Positions 45,295 to 54,804 of a stretch of DNA of 64,000 bases are shown here, one piece after another (position 1 is the first letter of the stretch; every line of letters begins with the position of its first letter). The notes under the pieces are model-generated. The model saw nothing but the letters and a program-made list of their open reading frames with translations. It was not told where the DNA came from and ran no database searches. The position numbers and the translations under genes are program-made. The DNA is taken from positions 1-64,000 of the IMG/VR virus record IMGVR_UViG_3300025874_000006; one strand, 5' to 3'. This DNA comes from a virus.

Positions 45295-45818
45295 TAGTAC
45301 TCCTCTTTATAGAAGATATGGTCACCAATCCTACCAATCAATCTCATACTTGAGTGAGAACTCCATTTAGGACTGACATAGTTTGCATGGTAGTGAGTAG
45401 ACCCTTCAGTTAGTCCTCGGTGTTTCTTAGTGAAAATCATGTCTCGTGCTATATCTTGTGCACGTAACCAAGAATATGTCTCTACTGGTTCATCTGCAAG
45501 ACCATCGCAGTACCAACTGAACTGACACATGTTCTTTCTCGGTATGGACATTCCTCGGTCTAATCCCCACTGACTCAGTACGGCTTGTTTAACAACTCCA
45601 CAAATGGTGGACGGGAATCTTCCGTGTTGTACACGGTTAAGAGTAACATCCGCAACTGCATACTGACCGGCGAGACTTTCACTTCTTGCCTCATGATATA
45701 TATTCAATGCAAGACAGTTGATTTCTTCGTTATCGCGCATATTTGGAGTTTCTGCATGGACTAGGCTAATGTAACCTAGAAAACCAAGCATAACAATCCC
45801 TATCGATAAGCGTACCAT
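45294..45818 (-). CDS. SleB/Hydrolase_2 cell wall hydrolase
   Basis: CLALNIYHEARSE; V.LNRV; CQFSWYCDG; THYHA.YV.P.W; IG.HIFY. Confidence 0.93.
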   Translation of the reverse strand: MVRLSIGIVMLGFLGYISLVHAETPNMRDNEEINCLALNIYHEARSESLAGQYAVADVTLNRVQHGRFPSTICGVVKQAVLSQWGLDRGMSIPRKNMCQFSWYCDGLADEPVETYSWLRAQDIARDMIFTKKHRGLTEGSTHYHANYVSPKWSSHSSMRLIGRIGDHIFYKEEY

Positions 45819-45869
45819 AAAATTCTCCTAATGAATAAAGAGTTATTATACAGGGTTTATAGAGGAATG

Positions 45870-45995
45870 TCAAACAGTTTTTCGTAAAAGTTTTAGAAGT
45901 TTATCTAATTTCTTTTGTTGTTTGGGGGTGGGACTGTCCCCTACCTTAGATAGTAGGAGAGCATATTCTTTAGCGAGATTTGACTGATAGTTCAT
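45870..45995 (-). CDS. Small peptide (41 aa, not in ORF track)
   Basis: GAGGA RBS and sigma70 promoter; MNYQSNLAKEY. Confidence 0.5.
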   Translation of the reverse strand: MNYQSNLAKEYALLLSKVGDSPTPKQQKKLDKLLKLLRKTV

Positions 45996-46048
45996 TATAG
46001 TTCCTCAAGTTGTTGAGTTATTATACTATAATGAACTATTCTTGTCAA

Positions 46049-46723
46049 TCATTTCTTTTTCTTTTCTCCGGCAATCCACTTCTTCGCTTTAGCATTTTCT
46101 ACTGGAGCTTGAGTGAACTTAGTAGCATCACGGTATGCGCGGACTGTCTCTTTCTGGTAGTCCTTACCTTCAGAGTTATCCACAACTAGAAAGTTCTTCT
46201 TACCGAACATCTGTTGGAACTTACCAATATTTTTTTGTACCGCTTTCCAGTACTCAGTAACACCTTTGGCACCTAGTGTACGTGCGCGTTGTGCATCACG
46301 AGAGATTGCAGTATCAAGGTCAGTATTCACGAAAATCATTGCGACATCGTAACCTAGTTTCTTGAGTTCTTTTGCTTGGTCTGCAATCTTACTTGGGTCT
46401 TTACCAGTACCATCGATGACAAGACCTAGACGACCTCTGATGTACATCGATTGTTTGATGTCAGTAAGGCTCTTTGCTTTACCGCGAAGTTCTTGACCCT
46501 TTACGGAGAAGATGTTATCTGGATTCATTTCCATAGATGCTTTCTTCATGGCGTTCTCAAACGCATCATCAGAGTTAACAACTTTATAACCCATAGAAGT
46601 CAGACCTGTCTTACCGACAATGAATGACTTACCAGAGCCTGGGCCGCCAGCGAGAAAGATTGCCTTGAAGATTGCTGGGTCGTTGACACCTTCGTTTAAG
46701 AAGGACTTAAATGATTTTACCAC
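46049..46723 (-). CDS. P-loop kinase (zeta-toxin/AAA_33-like) with capsid-targeting N-terminus
   Basis: KSFKSFLNE; LAGGPGSGKS; N.DD; IDGTG. Confidence 0.85.
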   Translation of the reverse strand: MVKSFKSFLNEGVNDPAIFKAIFLAGGPGSGKSFIVGKTGLTSMGYKVVNSDDAFENAMKKASMEMNPDNIFSVKGQELRGKAKSLTDIKQSMYIRGRLGLVIDGTGKDPSKIADQAKELKKLGYDVAMIFVNTDLDTAISRDAQRARTLGAKGVTEYWKAVQKNIGKFQQMFGKKNFLVVDNSEGKDYQKETVRAYRDATKFTQAPVENAKAKKWIAGEKKKK

Positions 46724-46998
46724 GGTTGTGCTCGCCATAGTTGGAGGGCAACTTCAACGATTTCCGCTTTACGAGAAGGAAGACGACCTGTTCTGCCTTT
46801 AGATGCGATATAAGTCTTCAGTTCCGCAATTGTCATAGCAAGGAACCTTTCGCGTTGTTCGTCAACGTCCATCTTCGCAGGGCCTGTAATAACAGTTCTA
46901 GTATTTTCGCCTCTCTTACTTAACCATATGCCAACAGCAATAGCAAGGACTAGAAAAAGACCAAGGGTAAATTGAGTATCATTCATAACGTTCTCCAC
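46717..46998 (-). CDS. Membrane-anchored protein with Rho-N-like domain
   Basis: TM segment; MT.AELK; late promoter at 47022-47029. Confidence 0.7.
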   Translation of the reverse strand: MENVMNDTQFTLGLFLVLAIAVGIWLSKRGENTRTVITGPAKMDVDEQRERFLAMTIAELKTYIASKGRTGRLPSRKAEIVEVALQLWRAQPW

Positions 46999-47024
46999 AA
47001 GTTAATGTTAGTTAGTGTGTTTAT

Positions 47025-47822
47025 TTATACTTCTTTTTGATTTGACTTTTCAAAAGTTTCAATCAAAAACTCTGCAAAGACCTCTTGGGTACGTTCGCCA
47101 GGATGTCCAAACTCTTTCATGTCTTTTAACTCCCTACAGAGAGTGTAAAGGTCTTTGCCCTTTCCTAGTCCGACTCTACTGTCAACGTCAAGAGATTCTA
47201 TAGAAGAAATTAACCATTTCTTGTAATCCGGTATAGAGTCTATTCTGAACGGTTTCTCCAAAATCTTCTTAGAAGAATCATCAGCAGGCATGTCCGTCAA
47301 TACCGACATAACATTAGACCAGTTTCTTTTATGAAACACACCTTGTATCAGTTTGATTCCAGCTGCATCACAATAAGACTCCATCATCTTCATCTTACTT
47401 AGGGTGTGCATAATATCGGTCTTAGAGTCATAAGCAGTATCAAACCAATCTTTCATCACACGTCTCTTGTCTCTATCCCATATCAATTCAGTGCGTAACT
47501 GAGAGAACTGCGTAGTGTCAGTTTGACGGCCAATCTTCACATCGCGGGCATCGGGCATATACTCTACAACTTCCGAACGTTGCCACGCAGACCACATCAC
47601 AACCATGTGCGTTACTTTGTTAGGGTTTTCATGAAGGTAGTCTGTGATCTCGCGGAATATCTTTTCATTACATGCACCACACACACCACGGTTCTCATAG
47701 TCCAATCCCAGTTTCCTAGCGACTATAGAAGTAAACGTGAATCCCCAATGTGTGGGTGGGTCTTGGTCAAACCCTTCTAGTTCATCACCCCAGACGAAAC
47801 TACAACCGGCAGTTAACAACAT
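47025..47822 (-). CDS. SGNH/GDSL-like protein
   Basis: GCSF..G, N.G..G..N, GHP. Confidence 0.7.
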   Translation of the reverse strand: MLLTAGCSFVWGDELEGFDQDPPTHWGFTFTSIVARKLGLDYENRGVCGACNEKIFREITDYLHENPNKVTHMVVMWSAWQRSEVVEYMPDARDVKIGRQTDTTQFSQLRTELIWDRDKRRVMKDWFDTAYDSKTDIMHTLSKMKMMESYCDAAGIKLIQGVFHKRNWSNVMSVLTDMPADDSSKKILEKPFRIDSIPDYKKWLISSIESLDVDSRVGLGKGKDLYTLCRELKDMKEFGHPGERTQEVFAEFLIETFEKSNQKEV

Positions 47823-48061
47823 TACTTAAACAGTTCCTCGTAAAGTTCATAAACTTCATTAGTTTCTGTTCGAGATTCTTCGAGGTTTCTCTTATGGAAG
47901 ATGTTAGCAATCTTTCGGAAGTGTTTCTTGTCCACACCGTATTTCTCGTTCGTGACATCAACGATGTCTTTCATCAACTCTTTCTCTGCATCAATACGTA
48001 ACATGCTGTCTGACATCTCTCGGATTGCCGCTGCAACCTTTTCTTTATCTGGGCCTATCAT
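47822..48061 (-). CDS. DsbA/GapR-like dsDNA-binding protein
   Basis: S..RI..EK..KD...GVD.K..R....H, E.Y pattern. Confidence 0.7.
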   Translation of the reverse strand: MIGPDKEKVAAAIREMSDSMLRIDAEKELMKDIVDVTNEKYGVDKKHFRKIANIFHKRNLEESRTETNEVYELYEELFK

Positions 48062-48333
48062 AATACTATTTTCACTCCACTAGTCGCTTCAGTCCATGCT
48101 GATGAGAAATCATCGTTAGTTTCGGTACATAGTACATACTGTTGAAACGTAATCTCTTCAGGGTTCTCTTTACTTGTCATGCAAACACCACGGGCGAAAC
48201 CAATACCTTGTTCACCATGAATCAACATGCGAGGGTCTTTAATAGTAATTGCACCATTGCTATTGGTATTCTTTAACCGGCCAACATACTCACCACTTAC
48301 TGTAACTACCGTAACTACTTCATTATTTTTCAT
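48058..48333 (-). CDS. Sm-like beta-barrel protein
   Basis: VV.V....GE.VG. Confidence 0.6.
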   Translation of the reverse strand: MKNNEVVTVVTVSGEYVGRLKNTNSNGAITIKDPRMLIHGEQGIGFARGVCMTSKENPEEITFQQYVLCTETNDDFSSAWTEATSGVKIVL

Positions 48334-49010
48334 TCTTCACTCTCAATTTCATCAATTAACATATCACGCATTGCTCTCGCTTGCGCATCTTCAGGGTTGT
48401 TCACACTACCATTATTAACAAACTTATACGCTAGTGTAATTCGTTGACATCCCGCGTAAGCAGCGTGCCAACAGTGTAAATCTTCTTCGTGTCCCGCACC
48501 AAAGTAATAGTGTCTACATTGCCAGCCAGGCACATCTTGGATACGAGTAATCTTATCAGTCTTCTTATCATAGTACTCAAAGAAACCATCTCCGGTCTCT
48601 GACCATGTAAATAAGACTTGATACGCGTTCGCATCATAGTTAGTGTGCCATCCGACAAAACCGCCTGGCGGGTAATAGGAGAGTAATGCGGACGTGTGCG
48701 CACCAATCTCCGCAGCGAAGTCATACTTGACCTTCTGCATAAAGTCTCCCCACATTTCCTTATCTTCACGAACCATCTTAGAGATAGGTTGAGCGAAGTA
48801 ACGGTCAGGCGGCCCTACTAACTCAGGATATCTAGACAAACATTCATCAAGATACTCGCGAGAGGTGTAGTACTCTCCCTTGTGGATATCATCATACTCA
48901 TGATATGTCCAATACTTCTCATCGTTATAAGAAGGTTTTGATAACATCTCATCAGAGAAACTGTCGAGCACTCCCAACAGTTCCTTATTACGAATAACAA
49001 CTTCACTCAT
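48330..49010 (-). CDS. Cupin/2OG-Fe(II)-like protein
   Basis: YPPGGFVGWHTN...WHAA...R.TL. Confidence 0.7.
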   Translation of the reverse strand: MSEVVIRNKELLGVLDSFSDEMLSKPSYNDEKYWTYHEYDDIHKGEYYTSREYLDECLSRYPELVGPPDRYFAQPISKMVREDKEMWGDFMQKVKYDFAAEIGAHTSALLSYYPPGGFVGWHTNYDANAYQVLFTWSETGDGFFEYYDKKTDKITRIQDVPGWQCRHYYFGAGHEEDLHCWHAAYAGCQRITLAYKFVNNGSVNNPEDAQARAMRDMLIDEIESEE

Positions 49011-49012
49011 TA

Positions 49013-49201
49013 CTAAACATCGTCCTCTTCTTCAGCAAATTTCTCATTCGCTCGTTGCAAATCTTCTTCTGTACAAGCACCCATTTCTATCATATAAGTT
49101 ACTGCCGCGCTTATTCCTTCCTGTCTTCCTATCTTCTTTCCCAAGAAATGTGAGGTAAAAAGTAACGCCAACGCAATAAAAGTATGCGCGTATGGATCCA
49201 T
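49013..49201 (-). CDS. Small membrane protein
   Basis: AAGGAG RBS; TM segment. Confidence 0.65.
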   Translation of the reverse strand: MDPYAHTFIALALLFTSHFLGKKIGRQEGISAAVTYMIEMGACTEEDLQRANEKFAEEEDDV

Positions 49202-49211
49202 AATGGACTCC

Positions 49212-50612
49212 TTATAGTGTGAAGCCTTCGAAGTTCATCTTCTCAGAAGAAATTCGTTGGCCTGAGTTAGAGTTATCAAAAACTGGGCCATGGTCTACTT
49301 CTTTATTTAGTGGAGAATCATTTTGGTCGACATCAAACAAACGCATTTTACTTCGGTCAATACCTACAACGAATCGTTGATTTTGGCCAGGGTCATTATA
49401 TCGGTTCTTTAACTGTTTCACCAATATCTGTCCCTGTGCATTCAGTTCATCATTACTAATCAGGGCAAACATCAAATCTGCCGTGGCGGGAAGACCGAAC
49501 GATTCGGACGTATCCTCAAGACCCACATCATCATTACTATAACCGGAACGGGTAGTCTGGGTTGCAGATACTACCGGAACATCAAACTCAACAGCAAGAC
49601 CACGCAACTCTTCTGCGATAGATTTGATATATGTATAGGAGTTGATAGCACCCCCCATAGACTTCATCCTAGAGGACGAACAGATGTTCAGGTAGTCGAT
49701 AAATATTATATCTGGGGTGAACTTCTTCTTTAGTTTCAACTCGTTCAGGAGCGCACGGAAGTGGTTTGAGTGCGCACTACCTGTCGGATATTCTTTGATA
49801 ATTAGTTTACCCGTGGTCTTATCTGCCACCTTCTTCACTCGGTCTGAGAACATATCCTTACTAAGATGTTCTAACTGGTCAATAGGGACGTTCAGTAAGT
49901 TAGCATCGATTCTTTCTGCGATACGTTCTTCGGACATCTCTAGAGTAATATACAGAACATTCTTATTCTGACTCATCGCAGCTGCCGCAGCGTGACACAT
50001 GAACAACGACTTACCGACACCAGTACCCGCAAGAGCGATATTCAAAGTCTTGTTAGGTAACCCACCTTTGGTGATACGGTTGAAGTAATCCAAGTCCCAA
50101 GGCATTCTCTCCTCGTCCATGTTGTAGAAGTCCCACCGAGAATCTACATTTTCTAGATAGTCGTGACCGATGTTAGTGTCAAAGGACACGGACAGTGCCT
50201 TGGACAATACATCAGGGATTGCATTCTTGGATAGTTCTTGGTGTTTACCATCGATGATAGAGATAGACTCCATCACTGCATTGAATACTGCACGGTCTTG
50301 ACACCACTTCTCAGTGCGTTCTACTAACCATGACAGGTCTTCTTCAGCATACTTGAAGATGTCGGGAAGAATGTCTATTGTGTGACGATAGTGTTCGTCT
50401 GACATTCTATCTTCCGAATCAATCTCAATCTTGAGAGCTTCTTTAGAGGGGAGGTTGTTATACTTGGCGATATACGCAGTGAACTCTTGGAAGATACTTT
50501 TGTAAGTACCTTCGAAGTATTCGGGGGAGAGGAAGGGGGCAACCTTCCTCATGTACGAATCGTTAGTCAGTAGATTCCGTAGAATCGTCTGTTGTAGATT
50601 GATGTCCGTCAT
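49212..50612 (-). CDS. 41: Replicative DNA helicase gp41
   Basis: AGTGVGKS, IKEYPT, IDYLNI, SESFGLPATAD, QLKNRY. Confidence 0.97.
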   Translation of the reverse strand: MTDINLQQTILRNLLTNDSYMRKVAPFLSPEYFEGTYKSIFQEFTAYIAKYNNLPSKEALKIEIDSEDRMSDEHYRHTIDILPDIFKYAEEDLSWLVERTEKWCQDRAVFNAVMESISIIDGKHQELSKNAIPDVLSKALSVSFDTNIGHDYLENVDSRWDFYNMDEERMPWDLDYFNRITKGGLPNKTLNIALAGTGVGKSLFMCHAAAAAMSQNKNVLYITLEMSEERIAERIDANLLNVPIDQLEHLSKDMFSDRVKKVADKTTGKLIIKEYPTGSAHSNHFRALLNELKLKKKFTPDIIFIDYLNICSSSRMKSMGGAINSYTYIKSIAEELRGLAVEFDVPVVSATQTTRSGYSNDDVGLEDTSESFGLPATADLMFALISNDELNAQGQILVKQLKNRYNDPGQNQRFVVGIDRSKMRLFDVDQNDSPLNKEVDHGPVFDNSNSGQRISSEKMNFEGFTL

Positions 50613-50925
50613 TTGAATCCTTTTTCTTTATTGAACCAGTCTCGATGGCTGCTTCTAAAATATCACCTAGTACTTCACCTACAAACCCTTGTAGGTCAAC
50701 ATTGTCTACATTATACACGGTTGGGTCTTCTGTGTCAACAACATCGAAGTCGAAAGTTATATTTTGTTCATCACCATTAATACGAACATTATTATAACGG
50801 ATGGTTACATCATTGTAGGGTGCGCGTAGTAAATCTACGTTCCACCCATCAACGCCCTCCGCAACTACAGGGACTAATTTATAATCTAGATTTTCTGACG
50901 GTTTATCTAAATCTAATTCTTTCAT
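50563..50925 (-). CDS. gp40-like protein
   Basis: Same position and size as T4 gp40, between uvsX and 41. Confidence 0.6.
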   Translation of the reverse strand: MKELDLDKPSENLDYKLVPVVAEGVDGWNVDLLRAPYNDVTIRYNNVRINGDEQNITFDFDVVDTEDPTVYNVDNVDLQGFVGEVLGDILEAAIETGSIKKKDSNDGHQSTTDDSTESTD

Positions 50926-51971
50926 GCTACGGTTTCCTCAACGAAGGTTTCGGGATTGATATCGCTCTTGTATCCGATCTGATAAGTCTGTTGAAGGAAT
51001 GTAGCGAAATCACTTGTTTCGAAAATAGGTGCCCAGAACTCATTGGACAGAGTATCCTTGGTACGGAACTTCTTATCTTCTGCTTCGGTTCCATGACAAC
51101 GAGAGTACCAACCATTACTTGGTTTGATAACATATCCACCAGCCAATGCAACTTCGAGGAGACCAGAGTTCTTCTCAACACCACCGTCCCAAGAGACTGA
51201 GATTGGAATCTTAGATTGTTCTTTCACGAATCGAGACTTCTCAACCTTGATGACAAAGTCGTAACCAGTAACTTCAGTACCAGTCTTGTTTTGTCTACGA
51301 CCGATAATCCAGATATTGTCGGCAGAGTAATAGATACCAGTACCACCACTAACTACATCTTTTGGAAACAGACCAATCTCTTTATAAGTGTGATTGATTG
51401 CAAGCATCGGAATGTTCTTCATCGCAAGATATGGAGTCGACATACGGAACAGACCTTTCAGTGCCTTCGCACGTGACATGTCCGCAACACCTTTCTCGTT
51501 CAACGCATCGTCTAGTTCTTTCTTAGACGCAAGATTACCGATAGAGTCGATAACGATAATAACCTCATCATCACGAGTCAGGTTCTCTAGTTGGCTGATA
51601 AGGTCAAACTTCAACTCTTCGACATTTGCAATAGGTGTGTGCAATACACGACTAGTGTCAATACCGAATTGTTCAAAGTATGATTGAGGAGAACCGAACT
51701 CGGAATCATAAAACAACATGACCGCATCAGGTTTCGCATTAAGATATGCGCCTGCCATGAGCAATGCGAATGATGTCTTAAAGTGTTTAGATGGCCCTGC
51801 AAGGACAGTAAGTCCTGGCGCAATACCACCATCTACGGAACCAGACAATGCAACATTCACCATCGGAACATCGGTTGGTACCATATCTTTCTCTGTGAAG
51901 AATTTACTCGTTGATAGGGTCGCTGTCTCCTTTATCTTCGAGTTCTTCTTTAGTTTGTCCATTATCGACAT
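50922..51971 (-). CDS. uvsX: UvsX recombinase
   Basis: AGPSKHFKT, YDSEFG, DSIGNLAS, DM.RAK. Confidence 0.97.
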   Translation of the reverse strand: MSIMDKLKKNSKIKETATLSTSKFFTEKDMVPTDVPMVNVALSGSVDGGIAPGLTVLAGPSKHFKTSFALLMAGAYLNAKPDAVMLFYDSEFGSPQSYFEQFGIDTSRVLHTPIANVEELKFDLISQLENLTRDDEVIIVIDSIGNLASKKELDDALNEKGVADMSRAKALKGLFRMSTPYLAMKNIPMLAINHTYKEIGLFPKDVVSGGTGIYYSADNIWIIGRRQNKTGTEVTGYDFVIKVEKSRFVKEQSKIPISVSWDGGVEKNSGLLEVALAGGYVIKPSNGWYSRCHGTEAEDKKFRTKDTLSNEFWAPIFETSDFATFLQQTYQIGYKSDINPETFVEETVA

Positions 51972-52890
51972 TTTTTCCTCCAAAATCTACAAATGTAATG
52001 TTATTAACTTTTTCACGTTCATCAAGGTCATATTGTACACGATAAGCACTATTGATGTCAAGTACTTTATGCAATAAATCGAAACTAGTTGTAGTCCCGT
52101 CAGCAAACTCATGTGTTGAGAAGTCTAAGAATGCTCTCGTGTCTTTTGGAAGACATGCGCCACCGAATCCACGTTTACCATCAAAGCCTGGCACACGGGT
52201 GTGACCCATACCTACTCTATCATCTTTACCTGCTGCTCGGACAATAGTATTATAGTTGCAACCATAAAGGTTGACTAGATCATATAGTTGATTAAAGAAT
52301 GTAATCTTCGTAGATAGGAATGAATTGATTGTGTACTTCACAAACGATGCTTCATACGCAGTCATACGATGATAGTCGTTAGACTCACACGCACCAAAGA
52401 TCTCATACACGTCAATGAGTTCTCGTGCGGCTACTGGCATACCGCCAATGACGTGGAACTTAGCACCAACGAAGTCTGCCTTAGCATTCTTCTCTGTCAA
52501 GAACTCAGGGTTATAAACGAAACGATCGACCTGTTCCCTACTCATAGTAGAGTAAAGACGGTCAATAGATTCGGGGGTGATTGTAGATTTAACTACGACA
52601 AGAGCGTCAGTATAGTTAAGACACTTAATCACTGACTCTTCTACTATAGAAGAATCTACCGAACCATCATCAGCAGATGGTGTAGGTGCACATATAAAGA
52701 AACACTTAGGATGACGGTCTGCTGAGAAATCTGTTAGGTCATCAAGGTCAGTTTCATATTTGGGGTCATAGTAGTTGAAGTCGACAAGCGGATGCATAAA
52801 CGCATACTCGACTGCCTGGCCAACAAATCCATGTCCAACGATTCCTATTCGAAATCGTGTGTTAACATCGTCTGCTGTTGCTCTAGTCAT
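51904..52890 (-). CDS. ugd: UDP-glucose 6-dehydrogenase (short phage type)
   Basis: G.GFVG, PTP, KSTI.P, NPEFL, GFGGACLPKD. Confidence 0.9.
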   Translation of the reverse strand: MTRATADDVNTRFRIGIVGHGFVGQAVEYAFMHPLVDFNYYDPKYETDLDDLTDFSADRHPKCFFICAPTPSADDGSVDSSIVEESVIKCLNYTDALVVVKSTITPESIDRLYSTMSREQVDRFVYNPEFLTEKNAKADFVGAKFHVIGGMPVAARELIDVYEIFGACESNDYHRMTAYEASFVKYTINSFLSTKITFFNQLYDLVNLYGCNYNTIVRAAGKDDRVGMGHTRVPGFDGKRGFGGACLPKDTRAFLDFSTHEFADGTTTSFDLLHKVLDINSAYRVQYDLDEREKVNNITFVDFGGKNVDNGQTKEELEDKGDSDPINE

Positions 52891-53831
52891 TATTTAATCC
52901 CATTATAAGTTTTATACCATTCGTAAAATTTTTCAACGCCCTCTGTAATACTAACCTTCGGTTCATAACCAAGTGCTTGTAGTTTGGAGGTGTTTGACCA
53001 AGTCTCTAGAGTATCAGCAGGGTGTTTAGGAGCAAGATTCTTAATTGCTTCCTTACCTGTGTTCTTCTCAATCTCGGAGATGAAGTCCATCAATCCGACT
53101 TGTTCACCACGACCTATATTGAAAATTTCTCCCGATGGGATATCATTGTTGCCTAGGACAACCTCAATACCATCAAGGATATCTTCCACATACGTAAAGT
53201 CACGTTTCATATCACCGTAATTATACACTGTTATTTCTTTTCCGTCAAGTATATTCTTAGTGAAGTCAAACAATGCCATATCAGGTCTACCCCAAGGCCC
53301 ATATACTGTGAAAAATCGTAGACCTGTAGTGTTCAGTCCAGATGACTGGAACTGACATTCATTTGCCCACTTGGTATAACCATATGCGTTCAACTGTTTA
53401 CCAGACTCTTGACCTTCAGTCCACGGAACCGGAGAACCCGCATACACGCACGAGGTTGATGCATAGACGATACGGGTATCAGGAAGATGTTGCTTACAGA
53501 TATCAATCAAGTTCTGTGTAGCATCTATGTTATTCTGGTGGTACGACTTCTCCTTTCCCATAGAATCCCGAACGCCCGCCATTGCAGCAAGGTGAATAAT
53601 AGTATCGGGTCGGAAGTCTCGCAATAGTGCTTCTAGTTTAATCTCGTCTTTTAGGTCACATCCCCAGATATCTAGATTGAAGTGTTTCATCCGATCTACT
53701 TTAAGCTTAGGTGTGTAAAGGTGGTCGTTGAAGTTGTCAACTCCCTTTACAGTAAGTCCGCGATCCATTAAACGTTTTGCGAGTTGGGAACCGATAAAAC
53801 CTGCGGCTCCTGTTACTAATACTTTATTCAT
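52890..53831 (-). CDS. UDP-glucuronate 4-epimerase-type NAD-dependent epimerase
   Basis: TGAAGFIG, HLAA.AGVR, YxxxK, RFFTVYGPWGRPDMA. Confidence 0.93.
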   Translation of the reverse strand: MNKVLVTGAAGFIGSQLAKRLMDRGLTVKGVDNFNDHLYTPKLKVDRMKHFNLDIWGCDLKDEIKLEALLRDFRPDTIIHLAAMAGVRDSMGKEKSYHQNNIDATQNLIDICKQHLPDTRIVYASTSCVYAGSPVPWTEGQESGKQLNAYGYTKWANECQFQSSGLNTTGLRFFTVYGPWGRPDMALFDFTKNILDGKEITVYNYGDMKRDFTYVEDILDGIEVVLGNNDIPSGEIFNIGRGEQVGLMDFISEIEKNTGKEAIKNLAPKHPADTLETWSNTSKLQALGYEPKVSITEGVEKFYEWYKTYNGIK

Positions 53832-54773
53832 TTAACTATTCCTGTAAATATATTCTAATGCCCTGTCTGCTTCTACAGTCAGGGGTCTGTTCTCATACCA
53901 ACTACCAGTCTCACGGTCAAACTCTCTACACATATCTGCAATCTGAGTTGCAGTGATGGGATATCCTTTCGCATAAGCATTACCCGCAATCGCAAGCATT
54001 ATCTTATACATCCCAGAATACCAACCAGTTTCGTTGATTGTTTGGTACTCGATGCCTAATCGTTTAGGCCAGAAAGGACAGTCGCGGTATGACGACCATC
54101 TGAAGTCGGTATTATTTAGACTGTCCTTACGGTGTTGAATTACCGCCTGTTGCATCTCTACTGGAAGCCTGTCTAGGAAGGTATTACCAGTCTTTTCATG
54201 GTATGGGTGTTTAGCAATCAGTTCAGAGGTGTTTAGAGAACCCCCTTGGTTAGTAATAAAGAAAGACTCAGCATCCGGATACTGTGCGGGGACATAATAC
54301 ATGCGAGCGAGGTCTTTGGTCTGTGGGTCACCCAGTTCACCCAACTCAGTATTCAGTGCATACCAGAATGCTTTGATGCGGTCATTATCAATATGTTCGT
54401 CTAATCGAAATACGATTCTAAACTTGAGATGGTCGTCTCTGCTTGATGCAGTGTTGTACACAACGTAGTCGTACTGCCCAAAGAGTTCGTGCAGCTGTTG
54501 GTTAAGGACTCGTACATTACTAGAGAAATCGTGATCATCAACATCAACGCAACACCAACCACCCCAATAGCGAGTAGATTTATTACTACGCGTAGTATCC
54601 ACTTCGAAAACAGCAGGACTAATAAGAGGACTAGAATTATTTCCACCTTTCTCTCCTTTCTCTCTATACATTTTTAGTAGGACATTTACGAACTTGTCCC
54701 AATCATCAAGAACCATATGGCGATGGGTCTTGTTATCGAACTGATTTTTAAATATAGTTAATTCGTAATTCAT
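53832..54773 (-). CDS. Primase-like (AEP/PrimPol-type) protein
   Basis: VDVD, Y.T.S, KFR.V, DP..KD..R.YY.P. Confidence 0.65.
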   Translation of the reverse strand: MNYELTIFKNQFDNKTHRHMVLDDWDKFVNVLLKMYREKGEKGGNNSSPLISPAVFEVDTTRSNKSTRYWGGWCCVDVDDHDFSSNVRVLNQQLHELFGQYDYVVYNTASSRDDHLKFRIVFRLDEHIDNDRIKAFWYALNTELGELGDPQTKDLARMYYVPAQYPDAESFFITNQGGSLNTSELIAKHPYHEKTGNTFLDRLPVEMQQAVIQHRKDSLNNTDFRWSSYRDCPFWPKRLGIEYQTINETGWYSGMYKIMLAIAGNAYAKGYPITATQIADMCREFDRETGSWYENRPLTVEADRALEYIYRNS

Positions 54774-54804
54774 GTGACCATTATATCATAAAGTTTGGTG
54801 TCTG

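Noticed and set aside
46049-46723. Zeta toxin-antitoxin system
   Set aside because: No antitoxin-like partner; better explained as a packaged P-loop kinase
54774-54779. Fifth GTGACC operator
   Set aside because: Half-site only, and located downstream of the -10
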